A DNA stretch of 64,000 nucleotides from an uncultured Nitrososphaeria archaeon. Its GTDB lineage: Archaea; Thermoproteota; Nitrososphaeria_A; Caldarchaeales; JAVZCJ01. The position numbers and the translations under genes were made by a program. Shown here one piece after another: positions 29,089 to 39,609 of this stretch. Within the stretch, counting starts at the first letter, position 1, and each line of letters opens with the position of its first letter. The DNA lies in contig CAZHGP010000001.1 of the NCBI GenBank assembly GCA_964532175.1, positions 21,046 to 85,045 of the forward strand, written 5' to 3'. The notes under the pieces are model-generated. The model was not told where the DNA came from and did not search any database. It saw nothing but the letters and a program-made list of their open reading frames with translations.

Positions 29089-29577
29089 CTAGTTTTTTCT
29101 TATATATTCTAAATCTTCATTTTTTGTAAGTACTCTTATTTCTCCATTAAAATATAGAACTCTTAAAATTTTGTCTTTTTTATAATATTCAATGATAGCA
29201 TCTGATTTTGATATGGTTTTTGTTACTTTTGGTTCGATTAATTCTTTTGCAATTTCAGCTTCATTTTCTTCATGCTCAAAGATTTTAAAATCGCATCCAT
29301 AATCTCTTATTAGCCATTTCCCTTTTGATAATTCAGAATACTCAGTATCTATGCTTATATTTCTTATTGATGGATCTGATGGATTTATTGTTGGCGATAT
29401 AGGATATCCAAAACCTTTTCTTTCTTCAAAACCTACCGACCATGAGCCATTCTTTAGTATCATATTTAAGCCTCCTATTTCAGCTTTCCAATCTCTTTCA
29501 TAAATTACTTCTACTCTACGAGTTCCCAGTCTTATAGGTTTCTCTATCGTATCTCCATTTCCTATTCTTCTTCTCAT
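29089..29577 (-). CDS. Hypothetical protein
   Basis: ORF only. Confidence 0.3.
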   Translation of the reverse strand: MRRRIGNGDTIEKPIRLGTRRVEVIYERDWKAEIGGLNMILKNGSWSVGFEERKGFGYPISPTINPSDPSIRNISIDTEYSELSKGKWLIRDYGCDFKIFEHEENEAEIAKELIEPKVTKTISKSDAIIEYYKKDKILRVLYFNGEIRVLTKNEDLEYIRKN

Positions 29578-29668
29578 TATTTCTTCTTAAATAAAAAAGA
29601 ATTGTTTAAGATATAACTTTTTTATTTATTTAATTAAAAAATATTTATTTAACACCTATGCAAAAGAA

Positions 29669-31087
29669 ATGTTTAGGAAAATGGTACTATATCTATATAA
29701 TACTTTATCAAGAAAAATTGAAGAATTTAAGCCACTTAAAGATAATATAATTACTATTTATTCTTGTGGTCCAACAGTTTATGATTCGCCACATATTGGA
29801 CATGGAAGACATGAAATAATTATGGATTCTTTTACAAGATTTTTAGAATATATTGGTTATGAAGTTAGATATGTTGAAAATATTACAGATGTGGATGATA
29901 AAATTATTGCAAAAGCAGAGAAAATGGGCTTAACTCCAGGAGAAGTAGCTTTAATTTTCACATTGGATTATTTTGAGCAAATGGAAAAATTAGGTATTAG
30001 AAGAGCTTGGAGACATCCTCAAGCAACAAATCACATTCAAGAAATGATTGAAGTAATAAAAAGTTTGATTGAAAAAGGGTATGCATATGAAGTTGATGGA
30101 GATGTGTATTTCTCAGTTAATAAATTTAAAGAATATGGAAAATTATCTAAGCAAGATATAAATGCTTTAAGAAAAGGTGCTAGAGTAGAAATTGATGAAA
30201 GGAAAAAAGATCCAATAGATTTTGCTTTATGGAAGAAATCTAAACCTAATGAGCCTGCATGGACAAGTCCATGGGGAATGGGTAGACCCGGCTGGCATAT
30301 AGAATGCACAGTGATGTCTATTAAATATTTGGGAGAGACTATTGATATTCATGCAGGTGGTGAGGAACTCATTTTTCCACATCATGAGAATGAAATTGCA
30401 CAAAGTGAAGCATTCACTGGAAAACCTTTTGTAAGATATTGGATGCATCATGGATTAATAACAATAAAAGCAGAAAAAATGGCTAAATCTATTGGAAATG
30501 TTATCCTTATAAGCGATTTATTAGAACGTTATGATGCAGATGCTTTTAGATATTTTGTGCTATCTGCTCATTATAGAAATCCATTAGAATATTCGGAAGA
30601 ATCAATGATAGCAGCTCAAAATACAATAAATAATGTAAGAAGAGCAATAAAAAAAATTGAATATGCTTTATCTTATCCTTCTAAGGAAATAAAAGAGAAA
30701 ATCAATATAGAAATTGAAAAATTTAAAGAAGAAATTATTAAAGAACTTTCTTATGATTTTAATACTCCAAAAGCTTTAGCTTTACTTATAGAATTAACTT
30801 ATAAAATAGCAGATAATGCTAATAAAATAGATTCTGAAAATTTAAAAGAATATTTAAAAATTATTAAAGAATTATGGAATGCACTTGGTTTCTTTCAAGA
30901 GAAAAAATCGGATAAAAAAGAAATTCTTATAGAAGATTTATTAAAAATTATATTAGAAATTAGAGAAATTGAAAGAGAAAAGAAAAATTATGAATTATCA
31001 GATTCTATAAGAGAAAAATTAAGGAAATTGGGTATTGAAATAGAAGATACTCCATATGGTACTTTCTGGTTTTTAAGTAGGAGCTAA
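29669..31087 (+). CDS. cysS: Cysteinyl-tRNA synthetase
   Basis: HIGH motif (PHIGHGR), KMSKS motif (KMAKSIGN). 472 aa. Confidence 0.85.
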   Translation: MFRKMVLYLYNTLSRKIEEFKPLKDNIITIYSCGPTVYDSPHIGHGRHEIIMDSFTRFLEYIGYEVRYVENITDVDDKIIAKAEKMGLTPGEVALIFTLDYFEQMEKLGIRRAWRHPQATNHIQEMIEVIKSLIEKGYAYEVDGDVYFSVNKFKEYGKLSKQDINALRKGARVEIDERKKDPIDFALWKKSKPNEPAWTSPWGMGRPGWHIECTVMSIKYLGETIDIHAGGEELIFPHHENEIAQSEAFTGKPFVRYWMHHGLITIKAEKMAKSIGNVILISDLLERYDADAFRYFVLSAHYRNPLEYSEESMIAAQNTINNVRRAIKKIEYALSYPSKEIKEKINIEIEKFKEEIIKELSYDFNTPKALALLIELTYKIADNANKIDSENLKEYLKIIKELWNALGFFQEKKSDKKEILIEDLLKIILEIREIEREKKNYELSDSIREKLRKLGIEIEDTPYGTFWFLSRS

Positions 31088-31089
31088 AA

Positions 31090-32733
31090 ATGTTCAATGA
31101 TAAATTTAAAGATTTAATCGATATAGCTCTTAAAGCATCTGAAAAAATTATTGATAAAAATCTTATAGTAGCATTATGTCTTTATGGCTCACATGTAAGT
31201 GGATATGCTTCTCCTGAAAGTGATTTGGATGTTATTTTAATTGCTAAAAATTTTAATCAAAAAATAAAGTATTTTTACATAAGAGATTTTACTCCAATTG
31301 TTTCAATTTTAGTTATTGATGAAAAATTATTTGAACAAGATGTTGAACAAGCATATCTTGGAGAATTTGTTGCTGGCAGATTATTCACTCCATATTATAT
31401 TATTTATGGAAAAGAATATATAAATGAAATGGATTTAAGATTAAAAAGAAGAACAATCCTTGAACTTACAGAAAACTTAATTTTAGAAAGAAAGCTTTTA
31501 TCAACAGAATTATTAATAAAACCAGAATATTTCCTTTTTGAAAAACTTAGACGTAGAGCAGCTGCATACCCTCCAGCAAAATATAGTTATTTAAAAATTC
31601 TTTATGGAATAAATGGTGAAAAAAATTTAGAATTTATGTTAAATGGATTTAGAATAGCTTTAGATAAATTAGTTTCAGAAAAATTATTTGAAAAAATAAA
31701 TAATTTTTATTCTCCTAAAAAAGAATTAGTTTTAAAAATGCTAAAAGATTTAAAAACTCCAGTAAAAGTTATGGAAGAAGGTGAAAGAATAATTAAAATG
31801 TATTTAACACATGGTTTTGCAGGTAGATTAAATCCAAAGCTTATAATTGAAGAAGCATATTCTAAAATTAAAAGAAGTATTAAAATTGGATTTGAGAAAG
31901 ACTTGCCTGATCCAGAAAATTATTTATTCATTAATACTAGTTTAGGCTTTCAACCAGCTGGAATAGAATGGTCTATAACAGAATTTGTTAATAAATTTTA
32001 TGGAATAAGTAAAAAAGATTTTAAAATAGAAAAAATTGGTTCTTTATTCAATTCAACTTATTTATTGAATATTCCAATTAAGAATAAAAAAATATTTATT
32101 AAAAAATATTTGAATTGGACAGATTTTAAATGGATTGTAGCATGGATGTGGACAATAGGTGTTAGAAATTTTGATATTCTTGCTAGTGATAGAATGTCTA
32201 ATGAGATTCATTTTATTAATACTCTTAAAAAAGAAAGGTTTAATGTTCCAAATATACTTCATATTAATTGGAAAAGAAAGCTTTTATTTGAAGAATATAT
32301 TCCAGGTATAGATTTATTATCTTTATGGAAAAATTATGAAAAAAATTCAAAAGAATGTGAAGAAGCAGCATTTAAAACTGGTATAAATATTGCTAAAGTA
32401 CACAAATTAAATATTGCTATTGGAGATTGTAAAGCTGAAAATTTCTTATTAAGTAATAATGAAATATATTTAACAGATTTAGAACAAGCAAAATTTAATG
32501 GTGATAAAGCATGGGATTTAGCTGAAATGCTTTTTTATCCAGGGCATTATTTAGGAATTAAAAAAAGCATAATTTTTGCTTCAAGCTTAATAGATGGATA
32601 TTTAAAAGAAGGGGATAAAGAAATATTAGCTTCATCAATGAAATTAAGTTATAGTAGATTATTAGTTCCTTGGACTCCTCCTTGGATTATAAAAGAAGTA
32701 CAAAAAATTGTTTATGAAAAAATTAAAAAATAG
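31090..32733 (+). CDS. Two-domain protein: N-terminal Pol-beta-type minimal nucleotidyltransferase plus C-terminal APH/RIO/Kdo-like kinase fold
   Basis: The nucleotidyltransferase motif is LYGSHVSGYASPESDLDV (GS…D-x-D). The C-terminus has IGDCKAENFLL (catalytic-loop-like D…N), LTDLEQA (DFG-like) and WDLAEML. The gene starts 3 nt after the cysS stop. Confidence 0.4.
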   Translation: MFNDKFKDLIDIALKASEKIIDKNLIVALCLYGSHVSGYASPESDLDVILIAKNFNQKIKYFYIRDFTPIVSILVIDEKLFEQDVEQAYLGEFVAGRLFTPYYIIYGKEYINEMDLRLKRRTILELTENLILERKLLSTELLIKPEYFLFEKLRRRAAAYPPAKYSYLKILYGINGEKNLEFMLNGFRIALDKLVSEKLFEKINNFYSPKKELVLKMLKDLKTPVKVMEEGERIIKMYLTHGFAGRLNPKLIIEEAYSKIKRSIKIGFEKDLPDPENYLFINTSLGFQPAGIEWSITEFVNKFYGISKKDFKIEKIGSLFNSTYLLNIPIKNKKIFIKKYLNWTDFKWIVAWMWTIGVRNFDILASDRMSNEIHFINTLKKERFNVPNILHINWKRKLLFEEYIPGIDLLSLWKNYEKNSKECEEAAFKTGINIAKVHKLNIAIGDCKAENFLLSNNEIYLTDLEQAKFNGDKAWDLAEMLFYPGHYLGIKKSIIFASSLIDGYLKEGDKEILASSMKLSYSRLLVPWTPPWIIKEVQKIVYEKIKK

Positions 32734-32785
32734 ATTTTTATAAAAAAAGAAAAACTTAATTATAGCTTTTTTATAAAAATTTTTT

Positions 32786-33100
32786 ATGAATGGATTAATT
32801 GAAGCATTAGCAGAAATTCTTTCTATTCCACAAACAACAATTTTATTAATAATTTTCTTCTTTGTAGGATTATTAATAGGATATGCTTTAGCAAAATTAT
32901 TAAAAGTTTTATTAATACTTTTTATAGCATTTTTCATTGCTTCTTATTTTGGAATAATAAGATTGAATATAATAGATTTTAAAACAATAATTGAAAAATA
33001 TGGTATGGAAATTGCTTCTATTGCAGCAGCTCTTTTATCATCAACAGTTTTTGTAATTGGTGCAATCATAGGTTTTTTAATAGGAATATTTAAATCTTAA
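32786..33100 (+). CDS. Small membrane protein (3 TM helices)
   Basis: Hydrophobic throughout. Confidence 0.35.
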   Translation: MNGLIEALAEILSIPQTTILLIIFFFVGLLIGYALAKLLKVLLILFIAFFIASYFGIIRLNIIDFKTIIEKYGMEIASIAAALLSSTVFVIGAIIGFLIGIFKS

Positions 33101-33111
33101 AATGATAAAAA

Positions 33112-33639
33112 ATGAAAAAATTTTTAAAAATTGTTCCATTAGAAAATGAATTAAAAAATTTATGTAATATTATTTCTGAAAAAATTAAAGAAATATATTT
33201 AATGGAAAATAAAATAGAATATGTTGATATAGCTATTCCAGATTTTTCTTATAATAAAAATAGAAAACAATACAATGCTTTTTTAATACTATCTTCTTTT
33301 TCAAATATTTTTTCTGAATATACTCTTTTTATTACAAATAAAGATATTTATGTTCCTGGAATGAATTTCATTTTCGGGCTTGCATGGAAAAAATTAGCAA
33401 TAATTTCTATTGCACGACTTTTACCTACTTTTTATGAAGAAAAAATGGATTATAATATTTTTGTTTCTAGAGTTATTAAAGAAGCAATTCATGAAATAGG
33501 ACATTTATTAGGATTATCTCATTGCTCAAATTCTAAATGTGTTATGCATTTTAGTAATTCAATATATGATACTGATTATAAAAATGAAAAACCATGTGAA
33601 AAATGTTTTTCTATTTTAAAAAATAAAGGAATTATTTAA
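33112..33639 (+). CDS. amzA: Archaemetzincin (zinc metallopeptidase)
   Basis: HEIGHLLGLSHCSNSKCVMHF … CEKC matches HExxHxxGxxHCxxxxCxM … CxxC. Confidence 0.8.
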   Translation: MKKFLKIVPLENELKNLCNIISEKIKEIYLMENKIEYVDIAIPDFSYNKNRKQYNAFLILSSFSNIFSEYTLFITNKDIYVPGMNFIFGLAWKKLAIISIARLLPTFYEEKMDYNIFVSRVIKEAIHEIGHLLGLSHCSNSKCVMHFSNSIYDTDYKNEKPCEKCFSILKNKGII

Positions 33640-33642
33640 AAA

Positions 33643-34335
33643 ATGTTTTCTAAAGAAAAATTAATTAAATTAAATTTATCTGGAATAGAAATTTCATTAA
33701 AAATAAATAAGCATGTATATTTCCCATCAAAAGTATCTTATTTAATAGCAAAAAATCTTATAATAAATAAGAATGATATAGTTTTAGATATTGGAACTGG
33801 AATAGGTATTCTTGCAATAATTGCTTCTAAATTAGGTGCTAAGAAAGTTTTTGCTATAGAAATTTCTTTTAAAGCTTTAAAAAATGCTAAAGAAAATATT
33901 ATTCTTAATAATATATCCAATATAGAATTAATAAATGGCTCATTATATAATCCATTAAAGAAAAAAGAATTTTTTGATTTAATCATGTGCAATCCACCTA
34001 TGACTCCTTCTCCTAAACCTGTTTCAATATATACTTGGGGTGGGTATGATGGTAGGAAAATTCTTGATGAAGTTATAAAAAATGCAAGTTATTATTTAAA
34101 AAAGAATGGTAGATTAATTATTCCAACAATATCTGTTTGTAATATTGAAAAAACAAAGATTATGATTGAAAAATTAAATTTTTCTTATAGAATAATTGCA
34201 GAAGATACATTCCCATTTAGTAAACTTATGATAAAATTAATTGATCATATAAAATCTCTTCCTGGAAGTGAAATAGTATATAAAAATAATATTCCATATT
34301 TTAAAGCAATTGTTTTTGAAGCAATTAAAAATTGA
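33643..34335 (+). CDS. Class I SAM-dependent methyltransferase, HemK/Mtq2-like (N5-glutamine MTase family)
   Basis: SAM motif I VLDIGTGIGILAI and the NPPM/NPPY-type motif MCNPPMTP. Confidence 0.55.
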   Translation: MFSKEKLIKLNLSGIEISLKINKHVYFPSKVSYLIAKNLIINKNDIVLDIGTGIGILAIIASKLGAKKVFAIEISFKALKNAKENIILNNISNIELINGSLYNPLKKKEFFDLIMCNPPMTPSPKPVSIYTWGGYDGRKILDEVIKNASYYLKKNGRLIIPTISVCNIEKTKIMIEKLNFSYRIIAEDTFPFSKLMIKLIDHIKSLPGSEIVYKNNIPYFKAIVFEAIKN

Positions 34336-35529
34336 TTATTTCATTAATTCATTTACTGCTTTTCCTATTAATCTTATTCCATTAATTATATTTTCTTCAG
34401 AAGTTGCAAAACATATTCTAATATATCCTTCACCATATTTTCCTAATGAAGAACCATGAAGAACAGCAACTCCATAATTTTCCATTAAATATTCAATGAA
34501 TTTTTCAGAATTCATTTTTCTTTTTTCTAAAGGCTTTTTCACATTTATCCATCCATAAAAAGCTCCTCTTGGCTTAAATAAATAAGCATTTTCTATTTTC
34601 TCAAATTCAGAAATCATTATTTTTCTCCTTTCATCATATTTTTTAACCATTTCATTTACTGCTTCCATTGAACCTTTTAAAGCAGCTATTCCAGCTTTTT
34701 GAATAAATGCTCCTATACAAGAAGTTATTACATTAACAAGTTTTATAACTCTTTGTGTTACTTCTTCAGGAGCTATAACATATCCACATCTCCATCCTGT
34801 CATTGCATAACTTTTAGATAATCCATCAATAATAATTGTATTTTCTAAACCTTTTCCAAAACATGCTGCTGAATAATGCTTTAATCCATCGAATATAATA
34901 TGCTTATATATTTCATCTGATATAAGATATAAATCATGATCCTCAGCTATTTCAGCTATTCCTTTAACATCTTCTTTTGTAAGAACAGAGCCGCAAGGAT
35001 TATGAGGAGAATTTAAAATTATTGCTTTAGTTTTATTTGTAATTAATTCATTTACTTTTTCAGGAATCATTCTAAATTCATTTTCTTCTTCAAGTATTAC
35101 AGGAATAGGTTTTGCTCCTGAAAATAGAATTGTAGATTCATAAGCTGGAAATCCAGGATTAGGATATAATACTTCATCTCCTTCATTTAAAATCGTTGTT
35201 AATGAAGTAAAAATTGCTTGTTTAGCTCCAGTAGTTACTACTACATTCTTTTTCCAATCAATATCTATTCCATGTTCTTCTTTAGCTTTTTCAGCTATTG
35301 CTTGTCTTAATTCTGGAAGACCAGCAGAAGGTGTATAATGAGTTTCCCCTTTTAATAAACTTTCTATAGCTGCATCTTTAATATATTTTGGAGTATCAAA
35401 ATCTGGCTCTCCTATTTCTAAATGAATAATCTTTTTCCCTTTTGCTTCAAGTTCTTTAGCTTTACTTAATACAAAAAAAGCAGCTTCAGCACTTATTAAT
35501 TCAGCTCTATGAGAAATGCTTTTAACCAT
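34336..35529 (-). CDS. Class I/II PLP-dependent aminotransferase (aspartate aminotransferase-like)
   Basis: PLP-Lys region GLSKSYAMTGWRCGY. 397 aa. Confidence 0.75.
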   Translation of the reverse strand: MVKSISHRAELISAEAAFFVLSKAKELEAKGKKIIHLEIGEPDFDTPKYIKDAAIESLLKGETHYTPSAGLPELRQAIAEKAKEEHGIDIDWKKNVVVTTGAKQAIFTSLTTILNEGDEVLYPNPGFPAYESTILFSGAKPIPVILEEENEFRMIPEKVNELITNKTKAIILNSPHNPCGSVLTKEDVKGIAEIAEDHDLYLISDEIYKHIIFDGLKHYSAACFGKGLENTIIIDGLSKSYAMTGWRCGYVIAPEEVTQRVIKLVNVITSCIGAFIQKAGIAALKGSMEAVNEMVKKYDERRKIMISEFEKIENAYLFKPRGAFYGWINVKKPLEKRKMNSEKFIEYLMENYGVAVLHGSSLGKYGEGYIRICFATSEENIINGIRLIGKAVNELMK

Positions 35530-35673
35530 TTCATCACCTATTTTTATTTAAATTCTTTATTAAGAATAATTATAAATATTTTTAGTTATAAAGAATATTT
35601 ATTTTACTTTTTTAAAACTATATTAAATAATAAATTTATATTTTTTATAAAACTTAAGAAAAAGTGTTAAAAA

Positions 35674-36384
35674 ATGTATATTCCAAAAATTAATGAATTA
35701 GCTTCTAAAATAGATTTAACTCTTCTTAAACCTGATGCTACTATTAATGATATAGAAAATCTTTGCAAAAATGCTATTAAATATAAATTTTGGTCAGTTT
35801 GTGTAAATCCATATTTTGTAAAATTTGTATCTGAAAAATTGAAAAAGTATAATGTATATACTTGCACAGTTATAGGCTTTCCTCTTGGTGCAACAACTAT
35901 TTCTACAAAATTATTTGAAGCATGCGAAGCTTTAGATAATGGAGCAAATGAAATAGATATGGTAATGAATATAAGTGCTTTTAAATCAGGAAATTATGAA
36001 TATGTTAAAAATGAAATAAAAAATATTGTTGAAGAATTAAAATTAAGAAAGCCAGAATCTATAATTAAAGTAATAATAGAAACTTGCTTATTAACTAATG
36101 AAGAAAAAGCTATTGCATGCGATATAATTATTTCTTCTGGTGCTGATTTTGTTAAAACTTCAACAGGTTTTTCTAAAAGTGGAGCAACAATAGAAGATGT
36201 AAAATTATTAAAGAAAATTGTTAATGGAAAATTAAAAATTAAAGCATCAGGAGGAATTAGGAATTTAAAACAAGCATTAGACATGATTGAAGCAGGAGCT
36301 GATAGAATAGGTACTTCTTATGGTATTGAAATTCTTAATGAACTTTTAAATATTTCTAAAAAATTCAATAGTGAAGTGAAATGA
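35674..36384 (+). CDS. deoC: Deoxyribose-phosphate aldolase
   Basis: VCVNPYFV and Schiff-base Lys region FVKTSTGF. 236 aa. Confidence 0.75.
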   Translation: MYIPKINELASKIDLTLLKPDATINDIENLCKNAIKYKFWSVCVNPYFVKFVSEKLKKYNVYTCTVIGFPLGATTISTKLFEACEALDNGANEIDMVMNISAFKSGNYEYVKNEIKNIVEELKLRKPESIIKVIIETCLLTNEEKAIACDIIISSGADFVKTSTGFSKSGATIEDVKLLKKIVNGKLKIKASGGIRNLKQALDMIEAGADRIGTSYGIEILNELLNISKKFNSEVK

Positions 36385-37706
36385 GCCTTTCAGGATATAG
36401 AGGTTATGTTAAAAAAATACTTGAAGAAAATGGATTAAAAATAGGAGATTATATTCAAGTAGAATTAGAAGATTATGTTTATAAAGGAATACTTATGCCA
36501 AGATATGAATTAGCTGATGATAAGCATATTGTATTAAAACTTGATAATGGATATAATATAGGTATAAGAATTAAAGATGGAATAATAATTAAAAAAATTT
36601 CTGAAGCTACTCCTCCAAAATATGAAATTTCTCCATTACCTCTTTTTAAAGAGAAAATGCCTATTGTAGCTATAATAGGTACTGGAGGAACTATTGCAAG
36701 TAGAATAGATTATAGAACAGGAGCTGTTAGACCAGCTTTAACAGCAGAAGAAATATGTTCAATTGTTCCAGAATTAACAAATATAGCTTCTATAAAAGCT
36801 GAAGTCCTTTTTAGCATTTATAGTGAAGATATTACAATATTTCATTGGAAAAAATTAGCTGAAAGGATAAATGAATTAATTAAAGAGAAAGTTGATGGAA
36901 TAGTTATTACACATGGCACAGATACAATGGGTTATTCTGCAGCTGCTTTAAGTTTTGCTATACAAAAACCTCCAATTCCAATAGTTTTTGTTGGTTCTCA
37001 AAGATCTTCTGATAGACCAAGTAGTGATGCTGCAATAAATTTAATTTCAGCTGTAAAAATAGCTGCTGAAGCACCATTTGGAGAAGTTGTTGTGGCAATG
37101 CATTCATGGCATTCAGATGATAGAATAGCAATTCATAGAGGAACAAAAGTTATGAAACTCCATACAAGTAGTAGGAATGCATTTAACTCTATAAATATAG
37201 ATCCAATTGCATATGTTTTTCAAGATAAAATAGAAATGAATATTGAAAAATACAATCATAGAGGAAATTATAATGAATATTCTTTTTATCCTAATTTTAG
37301 TGATAAAGCTGCATTAATAAAATTTTATCCAAATTTTAATCCAGAAATAATAGATTGGTTTATAGATAAAGGATATAAAGGGATAATTTTAGAAGGGACA
37401 GGTTTAGGGCATGTATCAAAAAATTCAATAAAAAATATAAAAAAAGCAATAGAGAAAAATGTATTCATTGGAATGACTTCGCAATGCATTTGGGGAACAG
37501 TTGATATGTTCGTATATGAAACTGGAAGAGATTTATTAGCTGCAGGTGTAACTCCTTTAGGGGATATGCTTTCAACTACTGCTTTAGTAAAACTTATGTG
37601 GGCTTTAGGTCAAACAAATGATATAGAAAAAATAAAAGAAATAATGTTAACTAATATAGCTGGTGAATATAGTGATAAAAGAGAGCCTTTTAAAATCAAT
37701 TCTTGA
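36381..37706 (+). CDS. gatD: Glu-tRNA(Gln) amidotransferase subunit D (asparaginase-like)
   Basis: IIGTGGTIAS and HGTDTM asparaginase motifs. It lies upstream of gatE. Confidence 0.8.
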   Translation: MSLSGYRGYVKKILEENGLKIGDYIQVELEDYVYKGILMPRYELADDKHIVLKLDNGYNIGIRIKDGIIIKKISEATPPKYEISPLPLFKEKMPIVAIIGTGGTIASRIDYRTGAVRPALTAEEICSIVPELTNIASIKAEVLFSIYSEDITIFHWKKLAERINELIKEKVDGIVITHGTDTMGYSAAALSFAIQKPPIPIVFVGSQRSSDRPSSDAAINLISAVKIAAEAPFGEVVVAMHSWHSDDRIAIHRGTKVMKLHTSSRNAFNSINIDPIAYVFQDKIEMNIEKYNHRGNYNEYSFYPNFSDKAALIKFYPNFNPEIIDWFIDKGYKGIILEGTGLGHVSKNSIKNIKKAIEKNVFIGMTSQCIWGTVDMFVYETGRDLLAAGVTPLGDMLSTTALVKLMWALGQTNDIEKIKEIMLTNIAGEYSDKREPFKINS

Positions 37707-39609
37707 AAAAATTGATTATAAAGAAATAGGTTTAAAAGTAGGGTTAGAAATACATAGACAATTAAATACAAAGCATAAATTATTTTGCAAATGTCCAACT
37801 ATAGATATTGAAGGAGAAGAAACAATTTTTATTAGAAAACTTAGACCAACTATTAGTGAATTAGGTGAAATAGATCAAGCAGCTTTATTTGAAGCTGAAA
37901 GGCATAGAACAATAGTTTATCATGCTAAAAAAGGGAATACTTGTCTTGTTGAAATGGATGAAGAACCACCTCATCCAATAAATAAAGAAGCAGTAGAAAT
38001 TGGTTTAACAATTGCTTTAATGCTTGGAATGAAAATTGTTGATGAAATACATGTAATGAGAAAAATTGTTATAGATGGATCAAATACTTGCGGTTTTCAA
38101 AGAACATGCATTTTAGCTACTGGAGGGAAAATAATAATTGAAGGAAAAGAAATTCCTATTAATACTTTATGTTTAGAAGAAGATGCTGCTACATTAATAA
38201 AAAGAGAAGATGATTTAGTACATTATGATTTATCAAGATTAGGTATTCCATTAGTAGAAATATCTACAGCTCCATTTATTAATTCTCCTGAAGAAGCTAA
38301 AAAAGTTGCTTTAGCTATAGGTAATATTTTAAGATCTACTTCTAAAGTAAAAAGAGGAATAGGTTCAGTAAGACAAGATATAAATATTTCAATTAAAAAT
38401 GGAGCATTAGTTGAAATTAAAGGAGTTCAAGAACTTGAATTAATACCAAAAGTAATAGAAAATGAAGTAAAAAGGCAGCTCCTTTTAATATATATTAAAG
38501 AAGAACTTAATAGAAGGAATGTTAAAGCTTCTGATTTAAAATTTGAAATATTTGATGTTACTGAAATTTTTAAGAATACTGAATGTAAATTGATTAGAGA
38601 TTCTATTGAAAAAGGTTATAAAGTATATGCTTTAAAATTGAATGGATTTGGAGGATTACTTAATATAGAAGCTGGACCAAATATAAGGTTTGGAGCTGAA
38701 CTTAATAATATAGCTAAAGCATGGACTGGAATAAAAGGGATCTTCCATACAGATGAAATGCCTGCATATGGAATTTCAGAAAATGAAATAAATTATTTAA
38801 AAAGAATGCTTAATGCTTCGAATAATGATGCTATTGTTTTTATTTCAGAAAAAGAAGATAAAGCTAAAAAAGCACTTGAAAAAATTTATCAAAGAGCTTT
38901 AGAAGCAATTGAGAAAATTCCTGAAGAAACTAGAGCTGCACAACCAGATGGAACAACGATTTATTCTAGACCAAGACCTGGCTCTGCAAGAATGTATCCA
39001 GAAACTGATATTCCACCTTTAAAAATTGATGAAGAATTATTAGAAAAAATTAAATCAAATTTGCCAGAAACTATTGAAATAAAAATTAAAAGAATTATAG
39101 AAAAATATAAATTAAGTAAGCAACTTGTAGATTCTCTTATTGATATGGATAAAGTTGAAATTTTTGAAGAATTAACTCAATATTCTAATGTTGCTCCAAG
39201 TTTTATTGCTTCACTTTTAACTGAAATAATTATTAATTTAAGAAGAGAAGGATACGATATTTCAAAAATTAAAGATGAACATTTTAAAGAAATAATTAAA
39301 ATGATTAATGAAAAGAAAATAGCTAAAGAATCAAGTATAGAAATTCTTAAATATATATGTAAAAATCCAGAATCAAAAATTGAAGAAGCAATAAAAGAAC
39401 TTTCTTTAGAATATTTAAGTATTGATGAAGTAAAATCTATTGTTGAAAAAATTGTAAATGATAATTTATTAGAAATAAAAAATAATCCTTTAAAAGCTGA
39501 AAAAAAGCTTATGGGTATATTAATGAAATCTCTTAGAGGAAAAATAGATGGGAAAATTCTTAATGAAATTTTAAAAGAAAAAATTAATGAAATAATTAAA
39601 AAAGAATAA
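37663..39609 (+). CDS. gatE: Glu-tRNA(Gln) amidotransferase subunit E
   Basis: DYKEIGLKVGLEIHRQL N-terminal motif. 648 aa. The 5' end overlaps gatD by about 35-44 nt (ATG 37663 or GTG 37672). Confidence 0.8.
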   Translation: MNIVIKESLLKSILEKIDYKEIGLKVGLEIHRQLNTKHKLFCKCPTIDIEGEETIFIRKLRPTISELGEIDQAALFEAERHRTIVYHAKKGNTCLVEMDEEPPHPINKEAVEIGLTIALMLGMKIVDEIHVMRKIVIDGSNTCGFQRTCILATGGKIIIEGKEIPINTLCLEEDAATLIKREDDLVHYDLSRLGIPLVEISTAPFINSPEEAKKVALAIGNILRSTSKVKRGIGSVRQDINISIKNGALVEIKGVQELELIPKVIENEVKRQLLLIYIKEELNRRNVKASDLKFEIFDVTEIFKNTECKLIRDSIEKGYKVYALKLNGFGGLLNIEAGPNIRFGAELNNIAKAWTGIKGIFHTDEMPAYGISENEINYLKRMLNASNNDAIVFISEKEDKAKKALEKIYQRALEAIEKIPEETRAAQPDGTTIYSRPRPGSARMYPETDIPPLKIDEELLEKIKSNLPETIEIKIKRIIEKYKLSKQLVDSLIDMDKVEIFEELTQYSNVAPSFIASLLTEIIINLRREGYDISKIKDEHFKEIIKMINEKKIAKESSIEILKYICKNPESKIEEAIKELSLEYLSIDEVKSIVEKIVNDNLLEIKNNPLKAEKKLMGILMKSLRGKIDGKILNEILKEKINEIIKKE

